From: an uncultured bacterium
GTDB lineage: Bacteria; Verrucomicrobiota; Verrucomicrobiia; Limisphaerales; UBA8199
Length of the DNA stretch: 64,000 nucleotides
Assembly (NCBI GenBank): GCA_963749495.1
Contig: CAVVMW010000015.1
Location: forward strand, 192,001 to 256,000
Direction: 5' to 3'
Part shown: one piece after another, positions 52,064 through 61,830 of the stretch
Layout of the letters: every line of letters starts with the position of its first letter
How positions within the stretch are numbered: position 1 is the first letter of the stretch
Program-made: the position numbers and the translations under genes
Notes under the pieces: generated by a model
Database searches by the model: none
The model's input: the letters and a program-made list of their open reading frames with translations, nothing else
What the model was told of the DNA's origin: nothing

Positions 52064-52225
52064 CAGGCCATGACCAGTCAGATCCATACCAGTTCCGCTC
52101 GCCAGCGCAGCGGCCATGAGCCCGCAGGGCGCAAGCAGGAAGCCGTCGATCCGCCGCTCATCCGGTCAGGTGAGCGAAACGGGAGATGACATTGCCGCGG
52201 CCAACTGCTAATCTCCCTGAGCCGC

Positions 52226-54904
52226 ATGACGACTACCAACATCGTCTCCACGTTCAAGGCGGCGCTGACGTCCGTGGGCTACGACGAGAGGCGCATCCGC
52301 CGGAACTACGACTTCTGCGATTTGATCAATTCCACCGCCCGGGTGCGCCGTATCCCCCTGGCCGCGTTTGCAGGCTACCCGCAAAGCTATCGCAATGCGC
52401 GAGTTGGCGTCATCATTGCGGAGGAAGCCGCAGAGGCCGCTGCGAGTGAATACCGGGCGCTTGGCGCGCCCTTGCTGCTCACGGTCCAGAACGGTAGCGT
52501 CCAACCCTGGGCAGCGAGCCTGGACGGCGCAACCCCGGTGGGAGAACCCTTCCGCCTGCGGGACACACAGCGCGTCTTCCATGAGAACCGCGGGTCATGG
52601 GGGCCAAATGCGCTCGGTCGTGTGCGGACCCCGGCCGAGGTCTCTGCGCGGAGCCAACCTGATCTCTTTGATACCGGCCTGGTGATTGCGCTGAAGCGGC
52701 GATTTCAGGTCCGGCTCAAGGAACTGCTCGAACACAGTTTCAAGGAAATCGAAGCCGCCTACAAGGCCGTGCATGGCCATCCCCCGGCGGTGCCGCCGCT
52801 GTTTGCCTTCCTATTCCGCTTTGTCACGGCGAAGATCTTCATGGATCGGGCGGACGCCACGGGTTGGGAGGACCTGAACGATCCCCTTGAGATTCTCAAA
52901 GCCGCGGAAAAGCAAACCGGGCTGCTCGAGAGACCCGAATCCGACTTCCGCCGTAAATCCATCCTGAGCGCGGCCTGGGGCAGCGTCTGGCGCAACCTGC
53001 ATTTTCAGAACCTCTCGGTGCCGGATCTAGCCTTCGTGGCCGAGAGCGCTTTCATCACGGACCGCACACGGGACGAATTGGGCATCCACAGCACTCCAGA
53101 GGGCCTGGCGGACTACATCGTGAACCATCTGCCGTGGGAGACGGTGCCTCCGGCTGAGCGCGTGGTGTGGGAGCCGTTCTGCGGCCATGGCATCTTCCTG
53201 GCGAAAGCCATGGAGCGGCTGGCCCAGGATCTTGACCCCGCCCTTGGCCCAGAACAGCGCCACAACTACTTCCGTCAGCATCTCATCGGCGTCGAGACGG
53301 ACCCCCTTTCATTGGAGATCTGCCGAGTCGTGCTCACACTCTCGGACTACCCGAATCAGAACAGTTGGGAGCTGCACCACGCCGACGTATCCCTTTGGGA
53401 CGCATGGCAGGAAACCCTGCGATCGACCGCGGCTGTCCTCGCAAACCCACCATACGAGGCCTTCAGCAGACAATATCGGCGCACCATACGCGCAACAAAG
53501 ACCAAGCCGCCGGCCGAGCTCTTGCACAGGCTGTTGCTGCAGCCGCCCCGATTGCTCGGCCTGGTTTTGCCGCAGAGTTTCCTGAGCGACCCAATCTACA
53601 GGAATGCCAACCGAGAACTGGCCCGGCGATACGATTCAATCCAAATCGTGGAATTGCCGCGCATCTTCCGCTATGCGGACAATGAAACCGTGGCGGTGTT
53701 GGCCAGCGGCGTCCGAACCCAAGGCCTTAAGGCGCGCGTCAGCTACGCCGAGGTACAGAAGGAGGGCGTCAACCGGTTCCTGGAGGATTGGCGCGTCAGC
53801 CAGCCGCGCAGCGCTGAACTGGCGGTGGCGCCCGCCAAACCTGGGCCGCGGTTCACGCTGCGGCTGCCGCCGACGGATTCGATCCTCGAAAAGGTCGAGC
53901 GCGGGTTAATCTTGAGCGAGGTTGCGGAAATCCACCAGGGAATCCACTGGATCGCCCGCACCGATGGAAAGCCTCAGTCAGCCGCGCGCACGGATGTGGC
54001 GTCGAACAAGGCGAAGAAGGGCTTTCGTAGGGGTGCTGAGAAGATGAACGGGAACCTGACCCAGTTCCAGTTGCGTACCCTTCGCTACCTGTCGCTGTTG
54101 GAGGAAGACCAAGATCCCAGCACACGTGCGAACAAAAGGCCTTGGGATCAGCGCAAGGTGGTCTGCAACGCAGCGCGCTTTCAGCCAGGGTCACCCTGGC
54201 GGTTGGCCACGTGGGCTGATACTGAGGGGTTGGCCTTCACCAAGCAGTTCTTCGCGATGTGGCCACGCGAAGGCGTATCCGAGTTCGCCATCGCCGCAAT
54301 CCTCGCCTCGCCTGTCGCGAATGCGTTCAGCTTCGAGCGTGATCTGGATCGGCACAACCATATCGAGACATTGCGCGAACTTCCGCTTCCCAGTCTCGAT
54401 CACTTAAAGCCCGAGGGAGAGCTCCACAAGCTCGCTGCAGCATTGCAGGCAATGCTCGCCGTACCAGACTTCACCCAACCGCCCACCACGGAAGCAGTGG
54501 TAGAGGCGGCGTTGCGCCTCGACGCGGCTGTCCTATCAGCCTACAACCTCGCCGCGCCGGTTCAGTATAAATTACTGAAGATGTTCAACGGCTGGCCCCG
54601 TCCCCTGGCTCCTCCGCATGACCGTACGTTCGACCGCTACTTTCCCGACCACTTCCAGGAGCACATCACCGTTGCCGATCTTCTGGCCATCACCTTCGAC
54701 TGGGAGCGCACATCGCAACGGAAAACCGAATTAATCGAGAAGAAAATCCGCCACGCGGCCAATCAGGAGGACCTAGCCGAATTGCAGCGCCTCAAGTTTC
54801 TTACGGAAGCGCGGGGCGAGTACTTCGCCCCGCTGCCATTGCGGCAAGTTGCCGCTTTGCATAGCAAGATCGAGTCGGACGGCAAGTGGGAGACCGAGCC
54901 GTGA
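52226..54904 (+). CDS. Large N6-adenine DNA methyltransferase (gamma class) with TRD-like C-terminal half
   Basis: GIHSTP, motif I VWEPFCGHGIFL, IGVETD, motif IV LANPPY, GLVLPQSFL, ILASPVANAF. Confidence 0.88.
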   Translation: MTTTNIVSTFKAALTSVGYDERRIRRNYDFCDLINSTARVRRIPLAAFAGYPQSYRNARVGVIIAEEAAEAAASEYRALGAPLLLTVQNGSVQPWAASLDGATPVGEPFRLRDTQRVFHENRGSWGPNALGRVRTPAEVSARSQPDLFDTGLVIALKRRFQVRLKELLEHSFKEIEAAYKAVHGHPPAVPPLFAFLFRFVTAKIFMDRADATGWEDLNDPLEILKAAEKQTGLLERPESDFRRKSILSAAWGSVWRNLHFQNLSVPDLAFVAESAFITDRTRDELGIHSTPEGLADYIVNHLPWETVPPAERVVWEPFCGHGIFLAKAMERLAQDLDPALGPEQRHNYFRQHLIGVETDPLSLEICRVVLTLSDYPNQNSWELHHADVSLWDAWQETLRSTAAVLANPPYEAFSRQYRRTIRATKTKPPAELLHRLLLQPPRLLGLVLPQSFLSDPIYRNANRELARRYDSIQIVELPRIFRYADNETVAVLASGVRTQGLKARVSYAEVQKEGVNRFLEDWRVSQPRSAELAVAPAKPGPRFTLRLPPTDSILEKVERGLILSEVAEIHQGIHWIARTDGKPQSAARTDVASNKAKKGFRRGAEKMNGNLTQFQLRTLRYLSLLEEDQDPSTRANKRPWDQRKVVCNAARFQPGSPWRLATWADTEGLAFTKQFFAMWPREGVSEFAIAAILASPVANAFSFERDLDRHNHIETLRELPLPSLDHLKPEGELHKLAAALQAMLAVPDFTQPPTTEAVVEAALRLDAAVLSAYNLAAPVQYKLLKMFNGWPRPLAPPHDRTFDRYFPDHFQEHITVADLLAITFDWERTSQRKTELIEKKIRHAANQEDLAELQRLKFLTEARGEYFAPLPLRQVAALHSKIESDGKWETEP

Positions 54905-55518
54905 GATACGCTTCGCCTTTCCGTTATCCAGCCACCCCACTTGTCCGCAAACACGGCCCCCGAGGCTATTCGAGTTATGCCGACTTCCGACCATGGTTGC
55001 GCGACGGATTCGACTTCCGGTGCGTTTATTGCCTGAAGCGCGAGCAGTGGTGCCTCCAGTTGAACGACTTTGAGCTCGACCACCAAGTCGCCCAGAGCGT
55101 CGCAAGCAACCTGTGTCGCGATTACATGAACCTGGTTTACGCTTGTCACAACTGCAATCACCGCAAGGGAAACAAGTGGCTCCCATCACCCGACAAAGTG
55201 GCCTACGGGGCCTGCATTGAGGTCTTGACCAGTGGCAGGAGAATTGGGGAAATCGTAGCGCACAATGATGACGGCGTGCGCCTTATCGACGAGTTGGCGC
55301 TGGACGGAGACAAAATCACCGCGATGCGCCACCAAATCATCTGCTCCATCCGTTCCCACCAGAAGCACGACTGGAAATTGTTCCTCATGTGGATGGGACT
55401 TCCTAAAGACCTTGCTGATCTTGCGGCTGTCGAGCCTCAGCCCAAACACAATATCCGACCTGATGGCATCGATCAATCGTGGCTCCGGCGCAGACCTTTG
55501 CCCGAGTACTATGAGTGA
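54901..55518 (+). CDS. Zinc-finger HNH endonuclease
   Basis: FRCVYC, FELDH, YMNLVYACHNCNHRKG; GTGA overlap with the MTase stop. Confidence 0.88.
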   Translation: MRYASPFRYPATPLVRKHGPRGYSSYADFRPWLRDGFDFRCVYCLKREQWCLQLNDFELDHQVAQSVASNLCRDYMNLVYACHNCNHRKGNKWLPSPDKVAYGACIEVLTSGRRIGEIVAHNDDGVRLIDELALDGDKITAMRHQIICSIRSHQKHDWKLFLMWMGLPKDLADLAAVEPQPKHNIRPDGIDQSWLRRRPLPEYYE

Positions 55519-55589
55519 TCCCTGTCGGCTTTTTCCTGTCCGTCCACACGCGAACTGCCGCGCCAGCCGAGCCGCGTAAACCAAAGATC

Positions 55590-55830
55590 ACCGGGCCCGC
55601 CAGGAAGCGGGTGATGCGGGCTTGAATATCGTTGTTGAATTCGGCGAGGCAAGCGGGGCTGTAGAGTTGGAGTTTGCTGGCCGTCTCGCGGAGGCCGGAG
55701 GCGGCCTCGGCCGCCGCAACAGCCTGGCCGACGTTGACCGGCGGATGGTGCCAGTCCAGCACCGGAGCGACCACCAGCACCGGCCGCGGGGCAATGGCAG
55801 CCAGGATTTCGGGGAAATCGACCGGGACTT
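55590..55830 (-). pseudogene. C-terminal fragment of an alpha/beta hydrolase (esterase-like)
   Basis: PVDFPEILAAIAPRPVLVVAP..D motif, beginning inside the right direct repeat. Confidence 0.6.
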
Positions 55831-55878
55831 CCAGCAAATCTGAAAGTTGCACGCCCAAAGCCGGGGTCAGCAGTTTTC
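55811..55878 (+). repeat. 68-bp direct repeat, right copy
   Basis: 66/68 identical to 51827-51894. Confidence 0.95.
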
Positions 55879-56250
55879 ATTGGGGGACCGGCAGCGGCAT
55901 GGCCGGGATCGAGATCGAGTAGGATTATCTGCGCGATGGAATCATCAACGTAGCCGCCGGCCGAGGCGTCGGAGTCAACGGGCTGAACCTGGGCGAATGC
56001 AGCATCAACGAGCGGCGCATCCAGTTGCGCCTTTGGAGTCCCTTCAAGTGGAGCCGCCCACCCGTCATTGTCTTCCGCCGGACCGAGCCCTCGCGCCGCT
56101 ACCGGCTCATTGTGAACGGGCCGTAAGCGGGCTCCTGGCAGGGCGAAGACATGGAGAAGGGAACTTCTGTTCGGAGCACAGCGAGATGAGACATCAACGA
56201 AATAGGCACGCGAGCAATTCCCCTCATTCTGAGCAGGGGGCTGCCACTAG

Positions 56251-56350
56251 CAGCCTTTTGAAGAATCGCTGACGCTCAACAACCTGTTGTGGCGAGTCTG
56301 GACTAGTACCCCAATATGTTGCGTCAATACCTCAATGTATCAACAGCCTG
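56251..56350. mobile_element. 100-bp MITE with CTAG duplication
   Basis: CTAG-CAGCCTTTTGA ... TCAACAGCCTG-CTAG. Confidence 0.6.
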
Positions 56351-56607
56351 CTAGGGCGCAGCGTTGACCGATATCTGAGGCTCTGTGCAGGGGGCTGAGA
56401 CCAGCGAGCCGACATCGGCGGTCTGGAGCCTAGTTCGAGCGCACGGAGGGTGGGCTCTTGCTGGTTTGGCCTGCCGCGTTGCCGTGCCCATTCCGTTTTC
56501 TGCCCTCCCTAATTAAGCGCCCGCCCCATTTCGCCTCCGGCATTCTGCACTCCCAGCCGGGAAAGGCGGTGGCATAAACAGGCAAACTTGCCCGCAAAAC
56601 TTACCGA

Positions 56608-56636
56608 TTGACATCACGGCAGCCCTTTGGCAGCAT
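56608..56636 (+). promoter_or_regulatory. Candidate promoter TTGACA-N17-CAGCAT
   Basis: Third copy; followed by a hairpin-rich leader and the ParA gene. Confidence 0.55.
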
Positions 56637-56862
56637 GGAGCTTGGACGAGGGAGATCAAAAGGCAGGTCTCCCTCGCCTGCGAGGCCTCAATGAATCGGC
56701 GGGGCGCAAAAGGCAAATGCTTGAGCTAAACTATGCGGGCAGCGCGACTGAAGCGCTTTTCGACGCATTTGGAAGTGCGGATTCCGAGTGATCGGCAAGT
56801 TGGCCAACAGGAAGCCCCCAGAGCGTGCGACATGACTACGAACACAATGTCGGAGTGGAAAC

Positions 56863-57795
56863 ATGAATATCGTATCAGTCATTAACTATAAAGGTGGAGT
56901 CGGAAAGACTAGCCTCACAGCCAATCTGGCCGGGGAGTTGGCATTTCGTGGGAAGAAAGTACTTCTTTTGGACTTGGACGCTCAGGCGAGTTTGACCTTT
57001 TCGATGATTTCGCCCGACGAATGGTCCAAGGAGTACTCCTCAAGCAAGACGATAAAGAGCTGGTTCGACTCGCTTGACCAGGGTAAACCGATATCTCTGA
57101 GCAGCATCGTGCAAGTCCCAACGCGCATAAACGGTCGCCTCGGCCAGGGGGCTGGAAGGGTCAACGCGATCTACTCCCACCTTGGGCTCATCAACGTGGA
57201 TTTGGAATTGGCCACGAACCTAGGTGGGGCAACGCTCGCCCAGGCAAAAAAGAACTTCACGAGCATTCATAGGCGATTGGCAGATGGGCTGTCTGAATTT
57301 TCTGCCGACGCATATGATATTGTGCTAATTGATTGCCCGCCAAATTTCAACATCGTCACGAAAACTGCGATCATAGCCAGCAATTTTTTATTGGTTCCTG
57401 CTAGGCCGGACTATCTCTCGACCTTGGGCATCGAGTACTTGATTCGGAGCGTGAGGGCACTGGTCAAAGACTACAACGATTTTGCAGAGCTCGAACAGGG
57501 CGAGAAGGTAGAGCCAATAGCACCCAAGCTGCTGGGCGTTGTCTTCACAATGATCCAAGAATACGGAGGGGGGCCAATGGCAGCCCAAAGGGCGTTCATG
57601 AGCCAACACCAGACGGCAGGTCTTACGGTATTCGGCGCCTACATAAAACGAAACGATACGTTATTCGCGGATGCTCCCCAATATGGGGTTCCGGTGGTGC
57701 TCAACAGATATGCCTCAGGGAGCCATCAGAGTGTTGTCGAGGGGTTGGAGGACGTTGCCACAGAATTCGGCCGACATATGAAGTGGTGGGCGTGA
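56863..57795 (+). CDS. ParA/Soj family ATPase (orphan)
   Basis: Deviant Walker A NYKGGVGKTS, LDLDAQASLT, LIDCPPNFN, PDYLSTLG; lower GC. Confidence 0.92.
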   Translation: MNIVSVINYKGGVGKTSLTANLAGELAFRGKKVLLLDLDAQASLTFSMISPDEWSKEYSSSKTIKSWFDSLDQGKPISLSSIVQVPTRINGRLGQGAGRVNAIYSHLGLINVDLELATNLGGATLAQAKKNFTSIHRRLADGLSEFSADAYDIVLIDCPPNFNIVTKTAIIASNFLLVPARPDYLSTLGIEYLIRSVRALVKDYNDFAELEQGEKVEPIAPKLLGVVFTMIQEYGGGPMAAQRAFMSQHQTAGLTVFGAYIKRNDTLFADAPQYGVPVVLNRYASGSHQSVVEGLEDVATEFGRHMKWWA

Positions 57796-57805
57796 AGAAC
57801 TTTTT

Positions 57806-58207
57806 ATGAGTATGAGCAAAGGGAGCGAGCTAGCATCCATCCTTCGTCGTCTGGCGGACTATGTTGACAGCCGCTCCGACGAGGACCTCGCCCCATTATT
57901 CGCCCGGGCAGCGATTTTCGTGCACCAAGCTGGTTTTCGCAAGAAACCCCCTGGACCTAGAGAAAAAGCAAACTCGCAGGACCTAAGAGAGATTGCTGGG
58001 GAGCTCTGGGTGCTGCCGTCGCGGGAAGCTGGGGAAGCCTTGTTGCGAGAGAGGGCCACAAACCGAGGCGCGTTGGAGGCATTGGCTCGGTTCCTGCAAC
58101 TTCCCGTTCAGCGAGACGACACGACAGAGCGGCTTCGGGCAAAGATCGTCGAGAACACGATAGGGTCTCGACTTCGTTCGGATGCGATCCAGGGGCGGGA
58201 TACCTAG
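57806..58207 (+). CDS. Small helical protein downstream of ParA
   Basis: 133 aa, 10 bp after the ParA stop; LEALARFLQLPV..DDTTERLRAKIVENTIGSRLRSDAIQG. Confidence 0.75.
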   Translation: MSMSKGSELASILRRLADYVDSRSDEDLAPLFARAAIFVHQAGFRKKPPGPREKANSQDLREIAGELWVLPSREAGEALLRERATNRGALEALARFLQLPVQRDDTTERLRAKIVENTIGSRLRSDAIQGRDT

Positions 58208-58286
58208 CGGAAGGCCCGCCAACGAGAAGCGTTTCACAGATTGGTACGTCGTTGATTGCGCAAGGGCAGCCCGCGACGCTCTTGGC

Positions 58287-58451
58287 ATGAAGGCCACGAT
58301 ATATAATCGGGGCCGGTTGGCAATCCCGCCAAGGGCTGGCAAGCGGGTCAACGCCCGGTTGCTGCACCGCAAGGGCACGCATCCGGTTCTGGTTGGAACT
58401 CGGCAACCGACTGATCAGGAACTCAAGCCCGCCTTGGCCGAGTTCCCGTGA
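58287..58451 (+). pseudogene. Degenerate AbrB/MazE-like antitoxin
   Basis: MKATIYNRGRLAIP start, ALAEFP end with GTGA overlap; middle appears missing; no toxin follows. Confidence 0.4.
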
Positions 58452-58492
58452 AATTGCGTTATCCCTCCCGCGTGACGCGGAAAGAAAACACT

Positions 58493-59386
58493 GTGGAATC
58501 GGCCCTGCTTAGCCGCCGCGACTTCTTACGCGCGAGCGCCCGGGTTGCCGCCTTTTCACTGGTGCCCTTGGTTTCCTCCTGCGCCAGCACGGGGCCCGCC
58601 AGGAGAACCGCGTGGCGCCCGCGTCTGGCGCTCTCCTCCGTCATGTTTTCCGATCTTCCGCTGCCGGACTTCTGCGGACAAGCCGCGGCGCTCGGATTCA
58701 ACGGCATCGATCTTTGGGGCCCATTCGGCAAGTGTCGGCACCTGGTGGAGGCGCAGCAGCTTGGGGCGGATGGGTTTCGGCAGCTTCTTGCGCGTCACAA
58801 GCTCCAGGTCGGTTGCTACACGACGTATCGCACTGCCGGCCATGCGGAGGGGTTCCCTGCCTACGCCAAGTTCATTGGCCAGTGCGGCGGAGGGGTGGTG
58901 GTGCGCGAATCGGAGTACGGCAAGTTCCCCGCGGAGGGACTCGCGGAAGGGATGCGCAAGTTTTTTGCGAACCTCCAGCCCGAGACTGACCTGGCCCACA
59001 AGCAGCGTGTTCGGCTGGCGGTAGAGAACCACGGAGACGCCTTGCTCAGCACGCTGGATTCCATGCGCCTCTTCCGGACACTGAACCCCGCGCCCGATGC
59101 GGTCGGCATCGCCTTGGCCGGCTACCACTTGCAAGGCGCCGGCATTTCCGTGGAGGAGGCCGTGCGCGTGTGCGGGGACCAGTTGTTGTTATTTTATGCC
59201 TGGCAGAAGGGGAACGGTTTCGACCAGTTGCCCGGCCACGGTCCCACGGATTTCACACCCTGGCTGCAGGCCCTGGCCGCGATTGGTTATCACGGCTGGA
59301 TGACCCCTTTCATGCATGGCGAGGAACCCGGCGAGAAAATGGCCCAGGCGGTCGCGAAGGCTCGCGCTTACCTCGATCACCTGTGA
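58493..59386 (+). CDS. Tat-exported sugar phosphate isomerase/epimerase
   Basis: SRRDFLR, LGFNGIDLW, LAVENHG, LPGHG..DF, IGYHG; start uncertain (58448 possible). Confidence 0.85.
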   Translation: MESALLSRRDFLRASARVAAFSLVPLVSSCASTGPARRTAWRPRLALSSVMFSDLPLPDFCGQAAALGFNGIDLWGPFGKCRHLVEAQQLGADGFRQLLARHKLQVGCYTTYRTAGHAEGFPAYAKFIGQCGGGVVVRESEYGKFPAEGLAEGMRKFFANLQPETDLAHKQRVRLAVENHGDALLSTLDSMRLFRTLNPAPDAVGIALAGYHLQGAGISVEEAVRVCGDQLLLFYAWQKGNGFDQLPGHGPTDFTPWLQALAAIGYHGWMTPFMHGEEPGEKMAQAVAKARAYLDHL

Positions 59387-59389
59387 AGG

Positions 59390-59668
59390 TCTCGCTGTCC
59401 CTTGATGGCCATGGCGGCGGCTCGGGTGGGCCAACCACAGATTGCCGTCGAGGCCTTGCTCAAGGACGCGGGCGCCAAGAACCGCTACGAGGAGCGTGGC
59501 GTGAACACCGGCGGCCCCTGCCCCTACCTCCCCGGCAACGGCGGTCTGCTTTACGCGGCGGCCATGATGGCCGCAGGCCGGGATGGCGCGCCGGCAAGAC
59601 CGGCCCCCGGCTTTCCCGACGACGGGAGCTGAGTGGTCAAATCGGAGGGCTTGAGCAAAGCGCCGTGA
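59390..59668 (+). pseudogene. C-terminal fragment of a six-hairpin glycosidase-like protein
   Basis: AMAAARVG, YLPGNGGLLYAAAMMAAG, PGFPDDGS-stop-VVKSEGLSKAP. Confidence 0.6.
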
Positions 59669-60036
59669 TGCGCCGTAGATGGGTGCATCCACGGTGCGCT
59701 TGCCACGGCCGGCAGGGTTCGTGTTGAATCGGCCTATGCGATACCGGCCTCTTGGGAAACTGCCGTCTTACGGATTCAAAGGCATCAGCCCATTGCTGGG
59801 CCACGGTCCCGAGAACGAGTCTGCCGCCCAGCGCAAGACCTTTCGCCACTTCCGCGATTACGGCCTGGTGATCTATGAGATTCAAAGTCCACGAATTGAG
59901 GCAGATAGCCGCGGCGCTTCCACCCCACGGTTCAAGAAGCGCAGCATCGTTGTCCGCCATGCTCCACCGCAGACAACCGTATTTTTGCCGGTTGGTTGAC
60001 GAGGTGGGCTTGGATCCGCGTTGCGCGGAAGCCCAT

Positions 60037-60801
60037 TCATTTTGCACGAGGTTCTGTGCCCTTGGGTTCGGCTCTTTGGGCCTGCCCTGTCATCGGCACA
60101 AAGCGAACCGGCAGGACCGCCCGCCGTTCGAGCTTGTCGCCGTTCTTGCGTAAGAGCACCAACTCCTGGCTCCAGGTCGGCCCGACCGGAATAATCATCC
60201 GGCCACCATCTCTGAGCTGCTCGATTAAGGGTTGGGGCACTTTCTCCGGGGCGCACGTGACTATGACCGCATCAAAGGGCGCAGCCTCGGGCCAGCCTTT
60301 GTAGCCGTCACCCGCACGCACCTGCACATTGGTGTAACCCAGGCGCTTGAGGTCGCCGGCCGCCCGCCTGGCCAGGTCGTCAATGATCTCGACCGTATAG
60401 ACCTGTGCCACCAGTTCGGCCAGGACGGCCGCCTGGTAGCCGGAGCCGGTGCCGATTTCCAGAACGCGATCGGTCGGCTTGGGCTCAAGTTGCTCGGTCA
60501 TGAAGGCGACGATGTAGGGTTGGGAGATGGTCTGGCCGTTGCCGATGGGCAGTGGGCAATCCTGGTAGGCGAGGGAGCGCAAGGCCTCGGGCACAAACTC
60601 ATGACGCGGCACTTTGCCCATCGCCATCAGCACCCTGGCGTTCGTGATATTGCGCCCGGGGCCAGAGAGCTGTTCTGCCACCATGTGTTGGCGGGCGAGG
60701 GCAAAGGGTTCGTCTGCCGCGGCCGCCAACCGGGGTGAGGCAATGGCGCCCAGGGTCAGAGCCGTGGCCCACAGGACCCGTAGCAAGGTCGTTTTCCTCA
60801 T
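60037..60801 (-). CDS. pcm: Protein-L-isoaspartate O-methyltransferase with signal-like N-terminus
   Basis: VPRHEFVP, GQTISQPYIVA, VLEIGTGSGYQAA, GDGYKGWPEAAPFD, VRFVPM. Confidence 0.95.
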   Translation of the reverse strand: MRKTTLLRVLWATALTLGAIASPRLAAAADEPFALARQHMVAEQLSGPGRNITNARVLMAMGKVPRHEFVPEALRSLAYQDCPLPIGNGQTISQPYIVAFMTEQLEPKPTDRVLEIGTGSGYQAAVLAELVAQVYTVEIIDDLARRAAGDLKRLGYTNVQVRAGDGYKGWPEAAPFDAVIVTCAPEKVPQPLIEQLRDGGRMIIPVGPTWSQELVLLRKNGDKLERRAVLPVRFVPMTGQAQRAEPKGTEPRAK

Positions 60802-61059
60802 AGTTCAGAGCGGTCGGTGCGCGTCCAACCGCCACAACCCGGCCGCGGATGCGTGCCCCACAGCCTCCCGGAACTCGGGGCGGGAGATGCACCGGTTGAT
60901 CCCTGAAAACTGCGCCTCCGTTGCGGCTTTGTGCGCGGGGTGGTACTGGTCCATAAGGTTCACTTTCCTTGGCATGATAACACCCCACGCAAGCCCTGAC
61001 ACGGCCATGAGCTCAGTTTGCAGAGGAGAAGGCCTAACAGCCGATCGCAGAATTACGGA

Positions 61060-61140
61060 TTAGCCGCAAAGAACGCAGAGATCGCAAAGAATTGCCTTAT
61101 CCTGTTAGGTCTTTGCGTTCTTTGTGTTCTCTGCGGTTAA
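61060..61140. repeat. REP-like inverted repeat
   Basis: TTAGCCGCAAAGAACGCAGAGATCGCAAAGA / TCTTTGCGTTCTTTGTGTTCTCTGCGGTTAA. Confidence 0.8.
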
Positions 61141-61214
61141 TCTTGCAACCAGCTCTCAATCTTGATGTAAACCACTCAATGAAGGAGGGCGAATTTTGTG
61201 TAACTCGCCCTCCG

Positions 61215-61420
61215 GGTCATATTCTGGGATAAACAGTTTCCATTCCGGGATTTGGTGCGGATTGCGAATGAGTGCCGAGGCCGGCAGTTCCTTCGGTGCA
61301 TGCGGAACGGACAGCAGTTTCAGACCTGCTTCGTGCGGCAGGCGGTCGCCCTTCCGCTGGTTTACTTCTTTGGCCGACCAAACCAGGTTTTCCCAGGCGT
61401 CCCTGCCGCGACAGGGCTCC
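61215..61420 (-). pseudogene. C-terminal half of a McrA-like HNH endonuclease
   Basis: Manual translation RGRDAWENLVWSAKEVNQRKGDRLPHEAGLKLLSVPHAPKELP; not in the ORF track. Confidence 0.6.
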
Positions 61421-61649
61421 CGGCGCAGACCGGGAAGAGAACCAGCAGAATGGCAAATCGGTTAATCACGTTCATGCAGGAATCGTTCTCATGCGGCGAT
61501 TATGCTAATCCCAATGGGGGAGCGACAGAGTTTTCGCGCTGGCCTTCTGTTGGTCCATCGCGGCGCGTCACGAAGATCAAATGGTGGAAACCCGCGAATT
61601 GGGTGCTCTTTTCGAGCTTCATTCCGAGCCTCAGGGCCACTCCCCGGGA

Positions 61650-61830
61650 GGGCGTTTTGTTCCGCCCCGCCTATACCTCGGTCCCCTCCTGTCTGCCTGC
61701 CCGAGCGGCACTGCTCACCGGCACGAGCCCCTGGGGCCATGGCTGCCTGGGATACACCCCGATCCCGGAACGCTATGCCCAGGAGATGCCGCGCCTGTTC
61801 ACCGATGCCGGTTATCGGACCCACGCGACC
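61650..61830 (+). pseudogene. Sulfatase fragment
   Basis: EGVLFRPAYTSVPSCLPARAALLTG (CxPxR), DAGYRTH, then lost. Confidence 0.75.

Noticed and set aside
59637..60047. Possible methyltransferase fragment on the minus strand
   Set aside because: Only a weak GGRLVL-like motif; insufficient to call
61032..61110. GCCTAAC ... GTTAGGT resembling attC cores
   Set aside because: Interior is not self-complementary and overlaps a REP-like repeat
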